Shown here: positions 9,489 through 19,271 of the stretch, one piece after another
Layout of the letters: each line of letters begins with the position of its first letter
Position numbering within the stretch: position 1 is the first letter of the stretch
Assembly (NCBI GenBank): GCA_011049425.1
Contig: DSBM01000119.1
Coordinates: 24,622 to 88,621 of the forward strand
Source of the DNA: Candidatus Aminicenantes bacterium
GTDB taxonomy: Bacteria > Acidobacteriota > Aminicenantia > UBA2199
Length of the DNA: 64,000 nucleotides
Direction of reading: 5' to 3'
Made by a program: the position numbers and the translations under genes
Notes under the pieces: generated by a model
Seen by the model: the letters and a program-made list of their open reading frames with translations, nothing else
Databases searched by the model: none
What the model was told of the DNA's origin: nothing

Positions 9489-9513
9489 CACCACCCCGAC
9501 TGGAAGCTAGAAT
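9485..9513 (+). promoter_or_regulatory. sigma70-like promoter upstream of tatA
   Basis: TTGACA (9485-9490), 17-nt spacer, TAGAAT (9508-9513). AAGGAG RBS precedes the ATG at 9534. Confidence 0.5.
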
Positions 9514-9533
9514 GCGGGCATAAAGGAGACACC

Positions 9534-9722
9534 ATGTTCGGAAGCCTCGGAATTTGGGAAATATTGTTGATCCTGCTCGTAGTGGCCCTGCTTTTCGGTG
9601 GTCGCAAGCTGCCGGACCTGGGCCGCGGCCTGGGCGAAGGCATTAAAAACTTCAGGGATTCCCTCTCCCGCAAAGATCAAAACGAAAATGAGGGAAAAGA
9701 CACGAATGCGAAGGACGATTGA
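9534..9722 (+). CDS. tatA: twin-arginine translocase subunit TatA/E
   Basis: MFGSLGIWEILLILLVVALLFGGRKLPDLGRGLGEGIKNFR is the canonical TatA TM helix plus amphipathic helix. Confidence 0.88.
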   Translation: MFGSLGIWEILLILLVVALLFGGRKLPDLGRGLGEGIKNFRDSLSRKDQNENEGKDTNAKDD

Positions 9723-10776
9723 CGCCCGCATCCAGCAAAGGCAGGAACGGCAGGAGCAACTCAAGGATACATTAAGCCGGTTGGGCGACCTGCTGACGGA
9801 CGGCCTGCGGGGCAGGCGGCGCCGGCAGGCAAAGGAAATCCTCGAAACCCTTTACAACAACGTCGTTGAACTGGTCACCGCCCAGGACCGGGAATGGGAT
9901 GCCTATTCCAACAACCACACATCCGAGGTGTTTCGATCCCTGCACTGGAAGATCGATACCCTGGAGGCGGAATACGCCAACGTGCGTGCCTTGATCACCG
10001 GCTTTCTCAACCTGGAGGAATCCCTCAAACACCTGGCGGAACGCATCGACAATGCGGGCGCCGGTCCAGAGGAACGGGAACAGGTGGAAGCCGCCCGGGA
10101 ACGCCTCAGCACTTTCCGTTACAGTGACTTTGAGGCGCGCTTCCGTGGTACCTGGGAATCGGTGGAAACCCAACTGGCTCGCTACGTGGACCAGTTCCTC
10201 GCCAAAGAAAACGTCCTGGACCTGGGTTGCGGTCGCGGGGAATTCGTGCAGATGTTGCGTTCCGCCGGACGCAAAGCCGAGGGCATCGACATCTCGCGCA
10301 CCATGTTGGAAGAAGCCGAGCAGCGGGGGCTGCCGTGCCGCCGCGCCGATATCCTGGAAGAACTCGCGCAACGGCCCGATGCATCCCTTGGCGGCGTGTT
10401 TTCCGCCCAGGTGATCGAGCACCTTGCTCCCGGGGTGTTGCGGGAAATGGTGACCCATTGCCGGCGGGTACTGAAACCCGGGGGCATCCTGCTGTTGGAA
10501 ACCATCAACCCGCTTAGCATTTTTGCATTGAGCCGCATCTTCTTTCTGGATGTGACCCACGAAAAACCCCTGCATCCCGAATACATGCGCTTTCTTTTAG
10601 ACAGCCGTGGTTTTCGTGACATAAACATCCTTTACGGTCCGCCACCGCAGGCAGAGGCGCTGCTGGAGATCCCGCCCGACCTGCCGGGAGCCCGTGAATT
10701 CAACACCAACGTGGACCGTCTGAATGCCCTGCTCTTCGGCCCCTCGGTCTATGCCGTCCGCGGGGTGCGCCCTTGA
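9706..10776 (+). CDS. class I SAM-dependent methyltransferase with a long N-terminal coiled-coil region
   Basis: VLDLGCGRGEF (motif I), LKPGGILLLETINP. Start is uncertain (ATG at 9688 or 9706). The upstream part of the track ORF (9598) overlaps tatA in another frame. Confidence 0.72.
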   Translation: MRRTIDARIQQRQERQEQLKDTLSRLGDLLTDGLRGRRRRQAKEILETLYNNVVELVTAQDREWDAYSNNHTSEVFRSLHWKIDTLEAEYANVRALITGFLNLEESLKHLAERIDNAGAGPEEREQVEAARERLSTFRYSDFEARFRGTWESVETQLARYVDQFLAKENVLDLGCGRGEFVQMLRSAGRKAEGIDISRTMLEEAEQRGLPCRRADILEELAQRPDASLGGVFSAQVIEHLAPGVLREMVTHCRRVLKPGGILLLETINPLSIFALSRIFFLDVTHEKPLHPEYMRFLLDSRGFRDINILYGPPPQAEALLEIPPDLPGAREFNTNVDRLNALLFGPSVYAVRGVRP

Positions 10777-11672
10777 CCGTTCTGGGTATCGATATCGGCG
10801 GATCCGCCACCAAGTACGCGCCGGTGCGAAATGGTGAAATCGCGGTCCCGGTGATGCGGGCGGACACTCCCCAAAGCTTGGAGGAATTGCTGGAATGGCT
10901 GGGCGGACTTGTCACCACGGCGCGGCGAGAATGGAACGTGGCCGCCGTGGGAATCGGGGTACCGGGCTTCATGCGTTTGCAAGACGGGGTCATTGTGCGT
11001 TCCCCCAACCTGATGTTTCTGAACGGAACGGCATTCGCGACTGAAATGAGTCGCCGGGTTTCGTTGCCGGTTAAGGTGGAAAACGACGCCAACTGCGCCG
11101 CACTGGGAGCATGGGTCTCACAGCCGCCACCACGTCCCCGCTGTCTGGTGCACCTGACCCTGGGTACGGGCGTGGGTTCCGGGATCATCCTGGACGGCCG
11201 TCCCTGGCGCGGGGCCTGCGGCTATGCGGCCGAACTGGGTCATGTGGTGGTTCATCCCCAGGGCCGGGCGTGCGGCTGCGGCGGCCGGGGCTGCGCGGAG
11301 ACCGAAGCTTCGGAAACCGGTATCCTGCGCACCTGGAGCGAGGCCCGGCCCGATTCCGAAATCTCTAGCGCCCGCCAGGTATATCAGCTCGTGGAAGCCG
11401 GCGATGCCGACGCGCGCCGGGCCTTTAGACGGGCCGGCCGCTACCTGGGTATCCTGCTCTCCAATATTGCCAATTGCCTGAACCCGGATATCATTACCAT
11501 CGGCGGCGGTGTCGCCGCGGCCGGGGAAACCATCCTGGCCCCGGCCCATGCCGAAATGGCGGTCCGCCTCCACCAGCACGCCCGGGAATGCACCCGCATC
11601 GAAGTCGCCGACCGTGATGACTACGGCATTCTGGGCGCTGCCCGGCTATTGCACAAGGACGCTCAAGCATGA
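10773..11672 (+). CDS. ROK family sugar kinase (glucokinase-like)
   Basis: [14 protein letters not shown], Zn motif [19 protein letters not shown] start overlaps the upstream stop. Confidence 0.82.
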   Translation: MTVLGIDIGGSATKYAPVRNGEIAVPVMRADTPQSLEELLEWLGGLVTTARREWNVAAVGIGVPGFMRLQDGVIVRSPNLMFLNGTAFATEMSRRVSLPVKVENDANCAALGAWVSQPPPRPRCLVHLTLGTGVGSGIILDGRPWRGACGYAAELGHVVVHPQGRACGCGGRGCAETEASETGILRTWSEARPDSEISSARQVYQLVEAGDADARRAFRRAGRYLGILLSNIANCLNPDIITIGGGVAAAGETILAPAHAEMAVRLHQHARECTRIEVADRDDYGILGAARLLHKDAQA

Positions 11673-13462
11673 AACACATCCGCAACTTTTCAATCATCGC
11701 CCACATCGACCACGGCAAAACCACCCTCTCCGACCGCCTATTGGATATCGTGGGCGCCATTCCCGTGCGTGAACGCCAGGAACAACAACTGGACAGCATG
11801 GAATTGGAACGGGAGCGGGGCATCACCATCAAGAGTCACTTCGTACGCCTGACCTACAAACACTCCGACGGTGAAACCTACCGCCTTAACCTGATCGATA
11901 CTCCGGGACACATCGATTTCACTTATGAGGTCTCCCGCTCCCTGGCCGCCTGCGAAGGCGCCCTGTTGGTTATCGACTCTACCCAGGGGGTGGAAGCCCA
12001 GACCGTGGCCAATACCTATCTGGCATTGGACAACGACCTGGCGCTGATTCCGGTGATGAACAAGATCGACTTGCCCAATACGGAGTTGGAAAAATCCCTG
12101 GACCAGGTGGAAAACATCATCGGCATCTCCAGGGAGGAAGCCCTGCTGGTCAGCGCCAAAACCGGCCGGGGAGTGGAAGCGATTATTCCCGCCATTATCG
12201 CGCGGGTGCCGCCCCCCCAGGGGGACCCCGACAAACCCCTGAAAGGTTTGATCTTTGACTCCTGGTTTGATTCCTACCGCGGCGTCATTATCCTGGTGCG
12301 CGTCCTGGACGGCCGGCTGCGCAAGGGCGAACGGGTCAAGTTTTTGTCCAACAACGCAGTCTACGAAATCAACGAGTTGGGCGTGCATACACCCAAGCCG
12401 ACACCCCTTGCCGAGTTGTCCGCCGGAGAGGTGGGCTATATTATCGGCAGCATCAAGAACGTGTCGGAAGTCAAGATCGGCGACACCGTTACCCTGGCCA
12501 AAGAGACCCGGGTTGCGCCGCTGCCGGGATTCAAGGAACCGCAGCCCATGGTGTTTGCCGGCTTCTACCCCGGGGAAGGCACCAGCCACGAAGAACTGCG
12601 CGAAGCCATCGAAAAACTGGTGCTCAACGATTCCTCGCTTTCGTTTGAACCTGAAACCTCTCCGGCCCTGGGCATCGGCTTTCGCTGTGGTTTTCTGGGG
12701 CTGCTGCACAAAGAGATTATCCAGGAACGCCTGGAACGGGAATACGACCTGGCCATTGTTACCACCTCGCCTTCCGTACGCTACCGCATCACCAACACCT
12801 CGGGCGAAGTATCGGAGATCGAGTCCCCGGCACAGCTTCCCGAACCCCAATACATCCGCGGCATAGAAGAACCGATTATCGAAGCCATCGTAATTACGCC
12901 GGCGGACCACTTGGGGAGTGTGCTCAAACTGTTGCAGTCGCGCCGGGGGGTTCACAAAAAGATGGACTACATCAGCGACCAGCGCATCCATTTGACCTAT
13001 GAACTGCCGCTGGCGGAAGTACTCTACGACTTTTTCAACAAACTCAAATCGATCTCGCAGGGTTATGCCTCTTTTGACTACGAATTCAAGCAGTATCGGG
13101 AAGCCCCGCTCATCAAGCTCGACATCCTCATCAACGGCGAAGCCGTGGACGCCCTGGCCATGATCGTGCACAACGACAACGCCTACCACGCCGGATGCGC
13201 GGTCACTTCGCGCATGAAAAAGGTGATCCCCCGCCAACTCTTCGAGGTGGTGATCCAGGCGGCGGTAAACAAACGCGTCCTCGCCCGCACCGTGGTCAAG
13301 GCCCTGCGCAAAAACGTGCTGGCAAAGTGTTACGGCGGCGACATCAGCCGCAAAATGAAACTGCTGGAAAAGCAGAAAAAGGGCAAGCGGCGCATGAAGC
13401 GCATCGGCAAAGTCGACATTCCCCAGGAAGCCTTCCTGGCCGCTCTGGAGATCGAGGACTGA
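11669..13462 (+). CDS. lepA: translation elongation factor 4
   Basis: [31 protein letters not shown]-terminal [24 protein letters not shown]. Confidence 0.97.
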   Translation: MKHIRNFSIIAHIDHGKTTLSDRLLDIVGAIPVRERQEQQLDSMELERERGITIKSHFVRLTYKHSDGETYRLNLIDTPGHIDFTYEVSRSLAACEGALLVIDSTQGVEAQTVANTYLALDNDLALIPVMNKIDLPNTELEKSLDQVENIIGISREEALLVSAKTGRGVEAIIPAIIARVPPPQGDPDKPLKGLIFDSWFDSYRGVIILVRVLDGRLRKGERVKFLSNNAVYEINELGVHTPKPTPLAELSAGEVGYIIGSIKNVSEVKIGDTVTLAKETRVAPLPGFKEPQPMVFAGFYPGEGTSHEELREAIEKLVLNDSSLSFEPETSPALGIGFRCGFLGLLHKEIIQERLEREYDLAIVTTSPSVRYRITNTSGEVSEIESPAQLPEPQYIRGIEEPIIEAIVITPADHLGSVLKLLQSRRGVHKKMDYISDQRIHLTYELPLAEVLYDFFNKLKSISQGYASFDYEFKQYREAPLIKLDILINGEAVDALAMIVHNDNAYHAGCAVTSRMKKVIPRQLFEVVIQAAVNKRVLARTVVKALRKNVLAKCYGGDISRKMKLLEKQKKGKRRMKRIGKVDIPQEAFLAALEIED

Positions 13463-13471
13463 CGAAGCGAA

Positions 13472-14167
13472 TCAGCCTATCTCGAGCGCCGCGCTCACCG
13501 CGGCCCTGGCATGGATTTCCAGGGTGTTGAACAAGACGTGCCCGGTATGCTCCGGCCGTACCAGCAGTGGGATTTCCGTGCAGCCCAGTACGATCCCCTC
13601 GGCACCGCGTGTCACCAGCCCATCCATGATCTCCAGGAAGCGTTGCCGCCGCTCCGGACGGAAATCCTCGCGCATGAGTTCGTTGAAAATCGTGTGATCA
13701 ATCAGCTCTCGGTCCTGCGCCGGCGGTACCAGGGCTTCAATCCCGGCATCGGCCAGCTTTTCGTGGTAAAACACGCCTTCCATGGTGATGCGCGTGCCCA
13801 GTAACCCCACCCGGCGCATGCCCCGGTGCCGGATCTCGGCGGCGGTGGCCCGGGCAATGTGAACCAGGGGCACGGACAACTTTTTTTCCAGGCGGTTCGC
13901 GTAAAGATGGGGGGTGTTGGCGCACAGCATCAGCAGGCCGCATCCCGCCGCCTCCAGCCCGAGGGCGGCATCGCGGAACAGGGCGTATACCTGCTCCTGG
14001 TCTCCCGCTTCCTTGCGGGCCGCTAATTCGCCGAAATCCAGTGACCACAGGATGCAGGGCGCGGTGAAGTCGCCGCCGCGCAGGCGCGCGGCCGCGCGGT
14101 TGACTTCACGATAATAATCCACGCTGGATACCCAGCCTGTACCGCCGATCATGCCGATGGTTTTCAT
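13472..14167 (-). CDS. aspartate/glutamate racemase family protein
   Basis: MKTIGMIGGTGWVSSVDYY, LLMLCANTPH, IVLGCTEIPLL (the two catalytic Cys motifs). Confidence 0.85.
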   Translation of the reverse strand: MKTIGMIGGTGWVSSVDYYREVNRAAARLRGGDFTAPCILWSLDFGELAARKEAGDQEQVYALFRDAALGLEAAGCGLLMLCANTPHLYANRLEKKLSVPLVHIARATAAEIRHRGMRRVGLLGTRITMEGVFYHEKLADAGIEALVPPAQDRELIDHTIFNELMREDFRPERRQRFLEIMDGLVTRGAEGIVLGCTEIPLLVRPEHTGHVLFNTLEIHARAAVSAALEIG

Positions 14168-14262
14168 GACGACCTCATTTTATGCGCATTGCCTTGCAAT
14201 CGGAGCAAATGTGGGCGGTTCCCTAACCGCCCCTTGTACACGGAATGCTGGATGGACACGGC

Positions 14263-14487
14263 CTTTTCTCTCCAACTCTCCCATTTTCCAACTTTCTAAA
14301 CTTCTTACCTCTTCAACTTTTGGTTCTATTACGTTTTGTGTGGGTAAATCCGCATAGATGATGAGCGAGAAATTGTTGTGATGAGTACCCAGAGGGTACC
14401 CTAGTGCAGCTTTTTCTTTTTTTCAAATACGAATAGCTCTCCAAAGCCACACAGAATGGAAGAGATCCCTTCTTTCCAACTCTCAAT
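14263..14487. repeat. nested-palindrome dispersed repeat, copy B
   Basis: Core 14321-14470 aligns with 2121-2270 (GGTTCT(A/G)TTACGTTT(T/C)GTGTGGGTAA, identical TACCCAGAGGGTAC, CCACACA(G/A)AATGGAAGAGA). It is flanked by pyrimidine-rich heptamer stutters (CTCCAAC, TTCCAAC, TCTTCAAC). Confidence 0.7.
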
Positions 14488-14509
14488 CATTATTCTCTGG
14501 AGGAGGAAA

Positions 14510-15136
14510 TCAGAAGCGGATGCCCAGGCCGGCGGAGACCAGGAACCCGCCCAGGTCGCGTTCGGGGTAGTAGATGATGCCGGTCTCGTCTTCATCCGTG
14601 GAGTCTTCGGGTTTGACCTTGAGGAAAGTGAAGCGCCCCTGGGCAAAGACAAACAGGGTGCGGGTCACGTAGAGCCTCAAGCCGCCGTCGATAAAGAAAC
14701 CCACCTGGTTCTTTTTAAATGTAAAGGTTTCTCCGGCGATATCGATTTCGTCTTTGATCATGTAGTAGCCGGCGCCGAAACCCAGGTTGGGCTCCAGGCG
14801 GTGGCCGCTCAAGCGCAAACGCATCCCGGCTTCAATGGGAACGATGCTCAGACTGGTGCTTTCACCTGTAAAGGTGGTTTCCCCATTTACTTTAAAGAAG
14901 TCGGTGTGTATGAATATATCGACAAAATCCGCCGCGCTGTAGGCCAGGTCCAGGCTGTAGACCAGGTTGTTTTTGCCGTACAGGGACTCGGCGATATCTT
15001 CGTTGATGGAGCGCATGCCTGCGCCGAGCGCCAGGCTGAAGTCGCCGTCGCCGAACCCGGGTGCGGCTTCATCTGCAGCCATGCCGGGTGTCAGGGTCAT
15101 CAGGGTGGTGATCAGGATGCCGAGTAGTGGTTTCAT
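14510..15136 (-). CDS. small outer-membrane beta-barrel protein
   Basis: GGAGGAGG RBS then ATG at 15136. Signal peptide [21 protein letters not shown], alternating beta-strand pattern, C-terminal ...GLGIRF. Confidence 0.75.
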   Translation of the reverse strand: MKPLLGILITTLMTLTPGMAADEAAPGFGDGDFSLALGAGMRSINEDIAESLYGKNNLVYSLDLAYSAADFVDIFIHTDFFKVNGETTFTGESTSLSIVPIEAGMRLRLSGHRLEPNLGFGAGYYMIKDEIDIAGETFTFKKNQVGFFIDGGLRLYVTRTLFVFAQGRFTFLKVKPEDSTDEDETGIIYYPERDLGGFLVSAGLGIRF

Positions 15137-15235
15137 GCCTCCTCCTTGGCCGCGGCCGGTGGGCGCGCGAATTGCAAACAGAGAAGCGCTATGATAGCAT
15201 CCTTGCAAAGAAAAAGCAAACGGAGAGATGATTCC

Positions 15236-16573
15236 ATGCTGTTTCCCGGGTTTCCCGAATTCCTTGCCGGTCTGGCGCTGGGGTTGCTTCTAACCGGACT
15301 GATATCCTGGCTGCTGCTGAAGCGGGAACGGGAAAGGCGGCAACTGGAGAGCGATATGTTGCGCCAGCGCCTGGAAGAGAACCGCTCCGCGGCGGAAAAG
15401 CTGGAAACCGCCCGCCGCGACCTGGCGGTGATGGCGCGGGATCTGGAGAATGAGCGCCACAACGCCGGTGAAAAGATCCGCCTGCTGGAAGAGGCGCGGG
15501 AGCAGTTGTCCCAGTCATTCAAGGCGTTGAGCCTGGAAGCGTTGAAAAGCAACAGCCAGAGTTTTCTGCAACTGGCGGGTACCCAGTTGGAGCGCATGCG
15601 CCAACTGGCCGACCACGACCTGGAAAAACGCCGCGACGAAGTCAACCTGCTGGTGAAACCCATCCACGAAACCCTGGACAAAGTGGACCGTCACATCCGC
15701 GATGCGGAAAAGCAGAGCGGGCAGGTCTACTCCGGGCTCACGGACCAGATCCGCTCGCTGGTAGAGACCCACCGCCACCTGCGTGACGAAACGGGGCGCC
15801 TTTCCCGCGCACTGCAGACGCCGGTGGTGCGCGGCCGCTGGGGAGAGATCCAGTTGCGCCGGGTGGTGGAGCTGGCGGGCATGGTTGAATACTGCGATTT
15901 CCAGGAACAGGCCGTGGCGGAAGGCGGCGACTCGCGCCTGCGGCCGGACCTGGTTGTCCGCCTGCCCGGGGAGAAGGTGATCGTGGTGGACGCCAAGGCG
16001 CCGTTGAAGGCCTACCTGCAGGCGGCGGAAACCGCTGATGAAGGGGAACGGGAAAAGTTCATGAAGGAGCACGCCGAACTGATCCGCCGCCACCTGCAGC
16101 GTCTGGGTCAGAAGGCTTACTGGGAGCAGTTTTCTTCCACCCCCGAGTTCGTGGTGCTGTTTCTGCCGGGGGAAAACTTTTTTTCCGCCGCGCTGCGCCA
16201 GGCCCCGGAACTGATCGAGTACGGCGTGGAAAACCGCGTGATTCCCGCCACGCCCACCACCCTGATCGCCCTGCTCAAGGCCGTGGCCTACGGCTGGCGC
16301 CAGGATCGCCTGGCGCGCAACGCCGACGAGATATCCAGGCTGGGCAGGGAATTGTATGAACGCATCCGCACCCTGGCCGGGCATTTCGGAGACTTGAAGG
16401 GCGGGTTGGACCGTGCCGTGCAGTCGTATAACCGTGCCGTGGGTTCGCTGGAGGGACGGGTGCTGGTTACGGCGCGGCGTTTCCGCGAGTTGGGCGCGGC
16501 GCCGGAGCAGGACCTTCCGCCCGTGGAACCGTTGGACAGCGCCCTGCGTTCTCCGGCCGAGGCGGACGAATAA
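15236..16573 (+). CDS. rmuC: DNA recombination protein RmuC
   Basis: N-terminal TM helix, long coiled coil, and a conserved RmuC nuclease-like C-terminus ([35 protein letters not shown]). ATG at 15236 follows GGAGAG. Confidence 0.9.
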   Translation: MLFPGFPEFLAGLALGLLLTGLISWLLLKRERERRQLESDMLRQRLEENRSAAEKLETARRDLAVMARDLENERHNAGEKIRLLEEAREQLSQSFKALSLEALKSNSQSFLQLAGTQLERMRQLADHDLEKRRDEVNLLVKPIHETLDKVDRHIRDAEKQSGQVYSGLTDQIRSLVETHRHLRDETGRLSRALQTPVVRGRWGEIQLRRVVELAGMVEYCDFQEQAVAEGGDSRLRPDLVVRLPGEKVIVVDAKAPLKAYLQAAETADEGEREKFMKEHAELIRRHLQRLGQKAYWEQFSSTPEFVVLFLPGENFFSAALRQAPELIEYGVENRVIPATPTTLIALLKAVAYGWRQDRLARNADEISRLGRELYERIRTLAGHFGDLKGGLDRAVQSYNRAVGSLEGRVLVTARRFRELGAAPEQDLPPVEPLDSALRSPAEADE

Positions 16574-16711
16574 TGGGTGGATCAGGGACTACATGTGGGT
16601 AAAATTTCCCCGTTGAGATATGCTGTCAAGAGACTCGTGTCCGGAAAACCCTTTCCTGCAGTTGGTTTCCCGACCGGGGCCTTTTGGAATCCAGTTTGCT
16701 TACGGAGGTAC

Positions 16712-17227
16712 ATGATGAAGCGTTCAGGCCGCACCCCGGGCTTTACCGTGGTGGAATTGTTGATCGCCCTGGCGATCTTCGGAATCCTGGCCGTGCTGGC
16801 CATCAACATGGGGCGCAGTTCCATGCAGCGCGCCGCCTTTTCCAGTGCGGTCAACAGTTTTGTCTCGGATTTTTCGGCGCTGAAACAGCAGGCCTCCACG
16901 GAGAACCGCTACATGGTGATCGACTTCAATGCCGCGGGCACGGGGTACACCATTCTGCGCCAGCGCAACCTCGATGATTTCGCCAATTGGCAGTCGTTGC
17001 GCACGGTGACCCCCATGGAAGGCAAACCCTTTTTCGTGGCCGGTGAAGCCGGTGACTTCATGGTCAATTCCACCGGTGAAGTATTCGCCTATCCCGTGAC
17101 CGGTACGGTTCCCCAGTCCACCAATGTCAACATGTCGTTTTTTATCTACAAGCCGGGGACCAGCCAGGTGGATTACCAGCGCCAGGTGCGCATTTTTCCC
17201 ACAGGAGGAATCAAAATTGACCAGTAA
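16712..17227 (+). CDS. type IV minor pilin, GspH/FimT-like
   Basis: Prepilin leader ...GRTPG/FTVVELLIALAIFGILAV with Glu+5. GGAGG RBS before the ATG at 16712. Confidence 0.8.
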   Translation: MMKRSGRTPGFTVVELLIALAIFGILAVLAINMGRSSMQRAAFSSAVNSFVSDFSALKQQASTENRYMVIDFNAAGTGYTILRQRNLDDFANWQSLRTVTPMEGKPFFVAGEAGDFMVNSTGEVFAYPVTGTVPQSTNVNMSFFIYKPGTSQVDYQRQVRIFPTGGIKIDQ

Positions 17228-17621
17228 CCAAGGCTCTACTTTAATGGAAATTCTCATATCCATCGCCCTGGTGGCCTTTGTGCTGGTGGCGATACTGACC
17301 GGGTTCACCCAGCAGCAGGTGTCCACGCAAAAGAACTTCAGCAAGAACCTGGCGGTCACCCTGGCCGAGGAACGCATGGAAGAGACCATCAAGTTCCCCG
17401 CTTCCCAGTTGATTGCCGGCACCCAGGTCGACTATATCGTGCCCACCGGCGGCACCTATGCCATCCACGACGCGGAACCAACGCATCCCGACCGCATGCG
17501 CCGCACCACCACCATCGCCGCCGCCGGCGACCTCATGGATGTCAGAGTTCGCGTGGAATACGGCTACACGCGGGGTGAGTATCCCTTCTCCATCACCCTG
17601 TCCACGCGCAGGGGGAACTGA
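17217..17621 (+). CDS. type IV minor pilin, PilV-like
   Basis: TTG start 7 nt after GGAGGA. MTSNQG/STLMEILISIALVAFVLVAIL has a prepilin motif with Glu+5. 11-nt overlap with the upstream gene. Confidence 0.7.
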   Translation: MTSNQGSTLMEILISIALVAFVLVAILTGFTQQQVSTQKNFSKNLAVTLAEERMEETIKFPASQLIAGTQVDYIVPTGGTYAIHDAEPTHPDRMRRTTTIAAAGDLMDVRVRVEYGYTRGEYPFSITLSTRRGN

Positions 17622-17622
17622 A

Positions 17623-18711
17623 ATGGGCCGGCGTGACAGTGGTTTTTCATTGATGGAGTTGATGGTGGTCATGGCCCTCTCCCTGGTGATCCTGGGCGGG
17701 GTATACATGCTGATGATGCAGTTCGGCCAGAGCGCCCGGACCGAGAACGCGCGCATCAACCTGCAGCAGGAGGCGCGCTACCTGCTCTCGTCATTCAGCA
17801 CCGAATTAAAGAACGCCGGTTCCATCCTGTCGATCGCCAACAGCGGCGCTTTCCTGGGCGCTTCCGCCCACTTCGTGGGCGTGACCCCGCTGAACAACAC
17901 CAGTTATCCGGACGGCATCATTCTGGCCAGCGGCGACCCCATCGCCGTAACCAGCCTGACCCAGGCGTTCTCGCCCACGGGCGGTACGACCCTGAGCGTG
18001 AAAGACACCACGGTGGACAGCACCGTGGCCATCGACGCCTGGAAAGGGGGCGACAAAGGGATCGTGGTGGCCACCGACGGTTACTACGTGTTCGAGGTGG
18101 ATGCCGCGACCCCGCCGACTGCATCCACGCTCAGTGTACGAAGTACTTCGGTGTATCACTCGGGCCTGCTCAACATGGCGGGTTACCAGGACAGCGAACC
18201 CTCGACCACGGGTGACCAGGTGACCTACCCCGTCGACGCGCCCGTGGTGCGGCTGGCCGGTTTCAGCATCTACGTGTTCCGCGACGTCTACTCCACCACG
18301 CAGAAGCGCATGGTGCGCCAGTTGCTGCGCATCACCGACGCCCGCGGCGACAGTGACCCCGTGGGCAATAACACCGATGGTTGGGGGGTGGTGTCGGAAA
18401 ACATCTACGATCTTCAAGTGGCGTACACGGCCTATCCCAACTGGCCGGAAGCCACCGGGGCCGTGAACTACTTTGACGGGGTGTCGGGCAACCTGCTCGA
18501 CGACCTCAAGGACGACCTGCGCCTGAAGCGGGTCAAGCAGTTCCGCGTGTGGGTGGTGGCCTTGACCGATGAGTTCGGCGGCGTGGACGAGGCCGTCAAC
18601 CAGGTGCCCGCGCTGGGAGACGCGCCGGCAAACACCCTGCCCGCGGGCAAGTACCGTTACAAGCTGTTCCGTTTCGCCGTGGAGCCGCGCAACTACAACG
18701 TTGCCATATAG
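17623..18711 (+). CDS. type IV minor pilin, PilW-like
   Basis: MGRRDSG/FSLMELMVVMALSLVILGG prepilin motif. The ATG is 1 nt after the upstream stop. Confidence 0.72.
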   Translation: MGRRDSGFSLMELMVVMALSLVILGGVYMLMMQFGQSARTENARINLQQEARYLLSSFSTELKNAGSILSIANSGAFLGASAHFVGVTPLNNTSYPDGIILASGDPIAVTSLTQAFSPTGGTTLSVKDTTVDSTVAIDAWKGGDKGIVVATDGYYVFEVDAATPPTASTLSVRSTSVYHSGLLNMAGYQDSEPSTTGDQVTYPVDAPVVRLAGFSIYVFRDVYSTTQKRMVRQLLRITDARGDSDPVGNNTDGWGVVSENIYDLQVAYTAYPNWPEATGAVNYFDGVSGNLLDDLKDDLRLKRVKQFRVWVVALTDEFGGVDEAVNQVPALGDAPANTLPAGKYRYKLFRFAVEPRNYNVAI

Positions 18712-18718
18712 AAAAAAA

Positions 18719-19255
18719 ATGAACACAAATGAGCCAACCATGAAACCTTGTCAAAACAAACATAACCAAGGCGGCAGCATCCTGCTGCTCACCGTCATGG
18801 CCGTGATGATCCTGTCGATCCTGGTGGTGGGCCTGCTCACCGTGGGTACCACCGAAGTACAGACCACCCACAACCACTACCTCAACAAGGTGGCCTACTA
18901 CTCCGCCATTGAAGGCGTGGAAGAGGTCCGCAACGAGATCTACAAGCAGCCCCAGCCCGAGTACGTCACCGCCATCAACCGCGACCTCTACAGCACTTCC
19001 AGTGAGCAGGGGCCGCTGCGCGAGGGCTATGTCACCGGCACCCTGCGTGACCTGCTGGCGGGAACGCCCCAACCCGTGGGCATGTTCAGCGGTTTTCAGC
19101 CGCCGCCCTTTCCCGGGCTTTCGCTGGGCAGCATCACCTCGATTTCACCGGTGATCTGGAACGTAACCATTTCATCGGAGATCCGCGCCGGCGGCCGCCG
19201 TGCCTATTCGGAACTGCAGACCGGGATCTACTCGATATTGACAACGGGGTATTGA
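18719..19255 (+). CDS. PilX-like pilus assembly protein (PilX_N-type N-terminus)
   Basis: ...NQGGSILLLTVMAVMILSILVVGLLTVG has no Glu+5, as in PilX. Alternative ATG at 18740. Confidence 0.6.
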   Translation: MNTNEPTMKPCQNKHNQGGSILLLTVMAVMILSILVVGLLTVGTTEVQTTHNHYLNKVAYYSAIEGVEEVRNEIYKQPQPEYVTAINRDLYSTSSEQGPLREGYVTGTLRDLLAGTPQPVGMFSGFQPPPFPGLSLGSITSISPVIWNVTISSEIRAGGRRAYSELQTGIYSILTTGY

Positions 19256-19271
19256 ACCCCTGGAGGAAGAG

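Noticed and set aside
9598-9705. Upstream extension of the methyltransferase ORF overlapping most of tatA.
   Set aside because: It overlaps the well-supported tatA in another frame. The translation (MVASCRTWAAAWAKALK...) is unlike the rest of the protein. Internal ATGs at 9688/9706 give a sensible gene junction.
11738-13237. 499-aa ORF antisense to lepA. Similar antisense ORFs occur opposite rmuC, glmS, fdhA and the porin gene.
   Set aside because: lepA is unambiguous on the plus strand. The antisense translation has no recognisable family features.
16685-16700. Sigma54-like -24/-12 element TGGAATCCAGTTTGCT, with correct GG-N10-GC spacing, upstream of the first minor pilin.
   Set aside because: The implied start site (about 16710) would fall after the GGAGG RBS (16704-16708) and 1-2 nt before the ATG. 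That makes the good Shine-Dalgarno pointless. Only the invariant GG/GC and a few other positions match. Kept as a possibility only.
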